This document shows, in pieces, positions 26,420 through 33,000 of a stretch of DNA of 33,000 nt. The stretch covers positions 403,001 through 436,000 of the forward strand of contig RDEW01000003.1 of NCBI GenBank assembly GCA_011109175.1, given 5' to 3'. Under the pieces are notes generated by a model, which searched no databases, was not told the origin of the DNA, and saw only the letters and a list, made by a program, of their open reading frames with translations. The DNA comes from Dicyema japonicum. Taxonomy: Eukaryota > Animalia > Dicyemida. Every line of letters starts with the position of its first letter. Within the stretch, counting starts at the first letter, position 1. The translations under genes and the position numbers were made by a program.

Positions 26420-27086
26420 ATGTCTGTTGGAAATAGACATGAATCTAAAGCATTGGAAAAGAATTCGTTTGACCACCTTTTCCAGGTTTTCTGAACATTT
26501 ATCCAAAATAGTATAAGCATCCGATTCAAGTCCCAATCGACTCAAAAACTTGTACAGGGAAGAGATCACTCGTATTTGGTGCTTGTTAACATAAAGGTTG
26601 TTAACCTAAAGATGTCGTGAATCACTGTAAGCCCAACACGTGGTATATCATGTATTGAATGTGAATGATTCGTTTTTACTACAAATTTAAAGTAGAATCT
26701 AGAAATCCTTTAAGAATCTCGATAAGTCAGAAAATTACGTGAACCTCTTGAGACTGCTCCTTCATGAGTTACCGTAAGTGCAAAGTTGGAAGGGAATCCA
26801 TCCACACAGGGGGCGTCTAGGGAAATGTATTTTACATCCTTTCACTGGAAAGAGTTGTCCTTGCTGATTTTTATTTATTTCCGGTGGCTGACAGAAAATT
26901 AACTGCCAAGAGGGGACTCCCATGGATCCGCCTGGTGTTGAGCAGAACTTGAAGGTAGACCAGGACAAGAGACTCTTGTGGCTGAAAGTACGAAAAGTTA
27001 ACAAAAATTCAAATCAAAACATGGACGATTGGTTGGAATTTATTGAATTGAAAAAGGCACTGGTTATAAGACACCACGTGTATTGA
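26420..27086 (+). CDS. Probable spliced gene of unknown function
   Basis: MSVGNRHESKALEKNSFDHLFQ|YKHPIQVPIDSKTCTGKRSL| via 25-26 nt introns; last exon ..PMDPPGVEQNLKVDQDKRLLWLKVRK..HHVY*. The middle is not resolved. Confidence 0.4.
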
Positions 27087-27189
27087 CTTCCTTTTTCCTA
27101 CAAAAAATATCCGTTCATGTCGGTACAATTTTCGTCGGGACTACTGGTGGTATAAGAAGTCACTGTCTTTTATCAAGAGGCTGAGATGT

Positions 27190-27512
27190 AAAGTCACAAT
27201 CAGAAACCATGACGTCCGTGAAAGCCAAACTAATTATCAGCGTGTCCCGATGCGTTCCATTAGAGAACCATCTAGGTCCGGTGTTCTCCCTCGTCCCGTG
27301 CATGACCGTACTGATCGGCTGACTGAATTTACGGACCGCATTCTGGAGTCTAGTCGCATAAGGGCTGATCGATGTTCCCACAAAAGCCCTCTTTTGCATT
27401 TCCTCGATCTTTCTCATATTTGTCCAAGATATGGAGGGTCCCCACGAGGCGCATGCATATGAGAAACATGGCTCGATGTACCGTTCGTACATGTTCAGCG
27501 GGTGAGTACCGA
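27190..27512 (-). mobile_element. LINE 3' fragment, same family as 29450-30695
   Basis: LNMYERYIEPCFSYACASWGPSISWTNMRKIEEMQKRAF versus LMNVYEQYIESCFSYGFASWGPSISGTNMRMIEEMQKRAF. Confidence 0.85.
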
Positions 27513-27613
27513 GTTGGAAAATAAAAAGTTTTGTTTTAAATAAATTTTCCAATTAAATAAAATATGTTAATATAAATTTAAAAATACAAAGTATTTTATA
27601 AAAATTTTGTAAG

Positions 27614-28179
27614 ATGCGATATGAAGGTTGGAATTTTAAATAAATAAATAAGGTGGGAATTGTGAGGACGAATTATTCGAAGTTGAAAAAATCCTCGAAA
27701 GAAAGATTATGAAGGTTATATCAGTTTTACTACTTTAAGGGAATACCTTATTATCTGATCAAATGGAATGGCTGGCCAGCGAGGTTTGGTGCTTAATCTA
27801 TTGTTAAGCAATAACACGTGGGAACCCGAGGAGAACATTTATAATAGAGATTTGGTCAACGACTTTTGGAGTACGTGTTCATTTTAACTTAAAGTCGCAA
27901 GGAGAGAACTCGACGAAAGAGAATGAAGAGAAAGGTTGGAAGGAGGAGGTAACTTTTAGAAAAATCCAAAAGTGAAGACCAATGTCAAGAAGCAGAAAAC
28001 TAGCCAGACTTTGGAGAAATCTCAAAGCATGGCTAATTTTATTGATATTAGACAATTTGTGGTTTCCTAGTTTGGAGTACTGGGAACGTGTGAAGAACTC
28101 CCGCATCATCTCTATTCCGAATGATTCGGATGATTCCGAACCGTACATGAATATTGCTATGGTTGAAGACATTAGCTAG
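27614..28179 (+). CDS. Chromodomain protein, Polycomb/CBX-like; 3' exon structure uncertain
   Basis: MRYEG|GNCEDELFEVEKILERKIMK|GIPYYLIKWNGWPAS|NNTWEPEENIYNRDLVNDFW, with introns 27627-27652, 27715-27739 and 27784-27808. KWxGW..NTWEPEENI is Pc-class-like. Confidence 0.85.
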
Positions 28180-28789
28180 ATTTTTATACCAAACATTTGC
28201 CTTGGAAATACTTTTATCTACTTTTTTAATTATTCCAATTTATTTGTTTCTTAGGAATGTCAAAAATTTGTCATTTATTAACTGTCCCCCGCTGCGACAG
28301 CAGAAGATGGTGAGAGCAGCTACTCTGCCTAACAACCTCTCTAAGAAGCCACGAATAATTACCTTAAAAACCATCCTAGATACTAGATAACCACTAATGA
28401 ACCATCCAGGGTCCTCGTCCACGTCAGATTGGACCACCCCTGTACCGGTCTGGGTCACTTGGTTGGGAACTTTCTTTTTAACTCGGTGATCCTGTGGTAA
28501 TCTATCGTCGTAGATGGTTGAATGGCTGACACTTCTCTAACAATGCTATCGCTTTATCGTACTCTCAGTCTGTCTATTCTACCCCCTTACAATTACAACT
28601 TTCAGTGTCAAAGGACTCGCTTCGAACACTAAGCACCCTACGCATGGATTCCTCAATGAACTGCGGAGACGTGCCAAGAGGAAAGCTACATGGAGAAAAC
28701 TGGTATAATGGATAGTGAAGAGAACGACACAAGCGGAATCCTAAGTATTCATATGCTTATGGATAACGAGGGACTGCTTATAACTAAGT

Positions 28790-28972
28790 TTCGTCCGTAG
28801 ATGTGGATCCCTTACTTTTAGAGAGAGCTAAAGAAAAGAAGTATAGAGGACTCAAAGACCGATATACCATCCGCGCGCTTGCTTTCGAGACAACCGGTGC
28901 GATAAGCAGAAGTCCCTGATCTTCCTCAAGAAACTCTGACGTATTGCCTCGCTCAGAAGCCATGATGACTGC
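28790..28972 (+). mobile_element. Degenerate CRE-like endonuclease fragment
   Basis: KKRSIEDSK..ALAFETTGAISR..FLKKL*RIASLRSHD parallels the fragment at 1-325. Confidence 0.65.
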
Positions 28973-29312
28973 GAACCTATTGTTCTAACGTGGGACGGTG
29001 TCGTTTCGAAGGTTTATAAATTTCACTTAGCCACCGCAATCGATGCATCAACATACATTCAATCCGTTATCCTCAAGAAGACGTTGAAGACCATGTAGGT
29101 GGAGTATATATACGGAGTATCCACTATCGAGGAAGATTTGGTTACAGTTACCAATCACCTGGTGAATAAGCGAATCAGTTCGATGGTGTGCTAAGCAACC
29201 AGGATAAGGAGGAAACGGATAAGTTTCAGGTCAACGACTCCTCTTCTAAGAGGAGAAAGGTTCAGAAGCGAGTAGTAATATCGGTTTAACTTGGTTTTCT
29301 GTAAAAATAAAA
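28973..29312 (+). mobile_element. C-terminal fragment of an R4/NeSL-like LINE
   Basis: PIVLTWDGVVSK..YIQSVILKKTLKT, followed by an A-rich tail. Confidence 0.6.
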
Positions 29313-29449
29313 TTACGAAATTCGTTAAATTTTTAATCATAAATATGAGTCATTTGTTTGATGACCCGAAATGACACGTGACAATACACGTGACTCATTT
29401 GTTTGACAGTTCATTTTACAAGAAAGTTTAATAGGAAAGCTTTACCGTA

Positions 29450-30695
29450 GTGATTCCCACCATAACGTTGTCGTGTAATCCTTTGAATGCAAAAGTGGTT
29501 ATTATCCTTATGCCAGGCTGTTTCCTCTACGCTCTCGAATCTATTTTGTCTCCCGATTTTTGTGATCCTCGGTTTGCTTGGAAACATAGCTTCGGAGGAA
29601 ACAGGATGACCATTCAGCGGCCTAAAGTATGACGCCTTTCTTTCCAGCGTCGAAGGAAGGATTGCTTTGAAGAGACGCGAGCTCCGCGAAGGACTTTGGT
29701 TGAGAAGAGGCTTGAGTCAGAGGTGATCAGAGGGAATGCCTTGACAATCTTGGACTCAACTAAAGGACTTATTGACCGTCTTCATTAGAGTTGGATTTGC
29801 AAACAAGCCGAGCCACTTAAAAACAGTCCTCTGCTCGATCGACATACACAATACGTTTGACTCAGTCCCGAGGAAGATACAATCGAGAAGATATTTTAAT
29901 CGGAGACCCCAGGGAAGCTCAAGCTCTGGATCAACAAATTCCTAAGTGGACGAAGGGGACGTGTATACCTCGGATGACTTAAATCCATCTCACGTCTTCT
30001 CTTAACGGATTCTTTCGAAAATCTCCTTTATCCCCTGCTCTGTTTAACCTCTTTCTCGCCGATCTCCCGACTCTTGAATGTGATAATGATGTTCTAATCT
30101 CCTATGCGGATGATGTTGTGTCGGCTTCCCGAGATCAGGACATCCAGAAGGCCACAAAAAGAATGCAAATTATCGTGGACCGGCTTAATGCCTGGATTAT
30201 GGAAAACCGGCTTATGGTGAATGCAGAGAAGTCTTACGTCCATTTTTACCCGCGACAAAAGATTGGGAAGGAAGACAGTCGCCTTGAAGTTAGAATGTGT
30301 AACAAGGTCGGAATATGTAAGAGTGGTACTCCCCCTGATGAACGTGTACGAACAGTACATCGAGTCATGTTTCTCATATGGATTTGCCTCGTGGGGACCG
30401 TCTATATCTGGGACAAATATGAGGATGATCGAGGAAATGCAAAAGAGGGCTTTCAGAGCAACGGAGCGTTGGATTTGTGAAGATCACCGAACCGGACCGA
30501 CGCTATGGAAACTTTTATGAGACTAGACTCCAGAATGCGACCCCAAAAAATCAGTCAGCCGTTTTGTATGTTCATGCACGAGCACGAGGGATGAAAACAG
30601 GGCAAAAATGAGGTCGCTATTGGAATACATGAGGATCACGTGATAATGAGCTTGGTTTTACCGTGGTCTTTGGTTGCTAAAATAAATAAATAAAT
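29450..30695 (+). mobile_element. Degenerate L2/Jockey-like LINE with intact 3' tail
   Basis: SIDIHNTFDSVPR, WINKFLSGR, LSPALFNLFLADLP, LISYADDV, VNAEKS, thumb motif, hairpin tail and (AAAT)n. Confidence 0.88.
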
Positions 30696-30869
30696 TCAGA
30701 AAAAATCAAATTTATTCAAACAAAACATTTTCTTTGATTTTTTAATAAATAAATTTTTGTTTACAAAAACATTAATAAAAATCAGGCTTCAGTTGTCAAG
30801 AGACGATTCCAAGGACTGCGGGAGTCATCTCCATTCACGGGGGTCCCTGAGTTTCACTGTTTATTTATC

Positions 30870-32870
30870 ATCCATAATTAAGCAAGAGAATTCTAATGTG
30901 GTCAATTATCCCACTAACCACTTGTTTTTCTTTGATGATCTCAAAATACATGTCCAAGGGGGATGCTATTTTTACAATGGTGGATGCAATTGATGAATTC
31001 TTCAAAGTTTTCGGATTGGAAATGAACTCAGTCTGCGTTTGAAATCGTTGTCATGTTGCATGACCTTGAGGGAATCGATTGGAAAATATTGAATATAAAG
31101 GGTGCTGTGTTCTCGAGTCACGTCTCAATTCTCGAAAATGCTAAGAAAAGAATCATTGAACTTCCAAAGACAAATTTGAATTCAGTTAATATGCTCCATC
31201 CCTGAGTAAGCCATTCTCTCTCCGATCGGATTCATCGACAAATGCGCCAACTGCTTATTATTCTGAGTATAGACAGATGGTGTTCTCAATTTAATTTAAA
31301 CGTGGGGGGGGGCTTAATTTGGTTATTTCTAAAGCTAAGCCAACGTTCTTTCAACTCCTTTAATTTGAAGAATTAGTCATTCTGTTCATGCAGGTCGGAG
31401 ATCCTGCGAGTAATCAAAACAAATAAATAGCATTTGGCAACTTATAAGTATCTCACAAACAGAACTTTTGTTACTTCCATAATCCTTCGCCAACTCAGGT
31501 TACATGAGAGCAATAAGGGGATATATCTGTCACCGACTCTATCAGGAAAAAGGGCCCACAGTTCCTTACACACGTGCATCTGTCAATCACTGTGTAGGGA
31601 AAACACAAGGCAAAGTGAGTTGGGTATTCCTAGGGATCATGAAATGGCCGTGTCTTTTAATAAGTCCAGTTGTTCTTCACAGGGCCTGCCCATCGTCCAC
31701 GTATTATGGAGTATGAGTTCATTGAATTCACGTTGGAATATTGGTTCCTCCCTTAGTTTCAATGTGCTCAGTGTCAAATGGTATGCCAATAACAATTAGC
31801 TGTCCTCAAGTTACAAAGTTTCAAACCAAGACATCTCTTGAATCCATAAGTAGACTTTTGTCTGCAATATAGAATAATTTATCAACCATTAGCGATCAAG
31901 AGAATTTCCTACTCGTTTCTTCATACCATTTTCTATTCATTGACGACTTAAAGCTCCTTGCCATAGAGGATGTAATACGACATAAAGCTCCTTGTATAAT
32001 GGAAGATATGAACTCATATTTTAAATTTCAGGACTGGAGGAATAAGCGGGAAATAACTTCGTTTCTTCAAGAAGCTGGGACATGTGGCTACACTCAAAAG
32101 CCAAAGCGAATGTGAGCCTCAGTGGGAATCACTTGAAATAATAATTTTGATATTCCAACATCTTCAACCTGGCGTAAGAAAGGGAATATCCCCTAATCTC
32201 ATAGACGTTTCCCTTTTTCAAGACAGAAAATGTCTTCTTCAGATATCTTAATTAAAATTGTCCTCAATGTGAAACCTCAAAAAAAGGTGGATCACTTGGA
32301 AACTAGGCACAACTAATCAGAATAGGACTACTTGCGAATGAACCAGGTGGACAAAACAATGACAACGCATGTGAAGTGCTCCAAGGGCTACAAGAAATTG
32401 ATGCGAGACTCCCTAATACAATTTTTCAACCGGAGAGCCAGGGAAATATCATATCTCTCCAGGTGGACGAAGCTGAGTGAAAGTTTCCAAGAAGGAAAGT
32501 TGAGTGGTGTCGGAAGTTTTCACAGTATCTCGAGCAAGATTTGGAAGACTACCTCGAAGTAGATGGCCTTTAAAAGCGAAATCCTTTAACGATAAATTTC
32601 ATATTTTGAAGTCCGTAGTAAACCTAAAGAGTTTGATGAATCCAAACCAAAGTGTTAAAGCTCACAAAACTGAAGAAACAGCTTGAACAAACAGCAGAGA
32701 TTACCGGACAGAAAGGAAATCAAAGATATGACGATGAAACGAGGGATATGCTTTGCCAATGTGGATATCGAGAAGTGGAGAAAAGACTTCGAATCCGTGA
32801 ATCTAGGAAGGAATTCATAAACCATAATTGGTGTTCTGAACTCAATCGCAGATATTTTATCGTGGCTTAA
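30870..32870 (+). mobile_element. Patchwork of decayed R4/NeSL-like and other LINE RT fragments
   Basis: NHLFFFDDLKI, FFKVFGLEMN, KKRIIELPKTNLNSVN, GGGL; a second IDDLKLLA at ~31940; RKEFINHNWCSELNRRYF at ~32800. Confidence 0.6.
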
Positions 32871-33000
32871 ACAAAGAGCAAAAAAGGCTGATTTTTTGTT
32901 AGCAACAGCGAATGTCTTTTATTTTGTGAGAATATTTGGAAAAAAACGGGCGAGCAATAAAATACATTTTCGATGAACAAAAGACACATTGCAGAATTCA

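Noticed and set aside
29370-29410. Clustered CACGTG E-boxes as a regulatory system
   Set aside because: The motif is short, many copies derive from the LINE tail or coding sequence, and enrichment cannot be shown by eye.

Overview
This is eukaryotic, probably animal, genomic DNA. It has AT-rich intergenic spacers and spliceosomal introns of only about 20-29 nt, which break real genes into pieces the ORF track mostly misses. Such intron sizes recall highly reduced parasitic animals such as dicyemids or some myxozoans, but I cannot identify the organism from this window. Genes rebuilt by hand: mitochondrial alanyl-tRNA synthetase (AARS2-like, -), fidgetin-like 1 (-), an Mpv17/PMP22 family protein (-), a frameshifted VIT-vWA (VWA5A-like) gene (-) and a Polycomb-like chromodomain gene (+), plus a few unresolved spliced ORFs. 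The rest is layered transposon debris: CRE-like and R4/NeSL-like restriction-endonuclease LINEs, L2/Jockey-like LINEs, two Tc1 elements, two hAT elements with 8-bp TSDs, a pogo-like fragment and a tRNA-derived SINE. The most notable observations are: (1) an ~87-codon spliced cassette encoding a Muscleblind-type CCCH zinc finger inside the editing domain of the mitochondrial AlaRS gene; (2) a 437-nt intron in FIGNL1 that may host a nested gene; (3) tiny introns using GAG acceptors and a GC donor; (4) a SINE/LINE pair sharing a 3' hairpin; (5) recurrent 1-nt frameshifts in otherwise intact genes.
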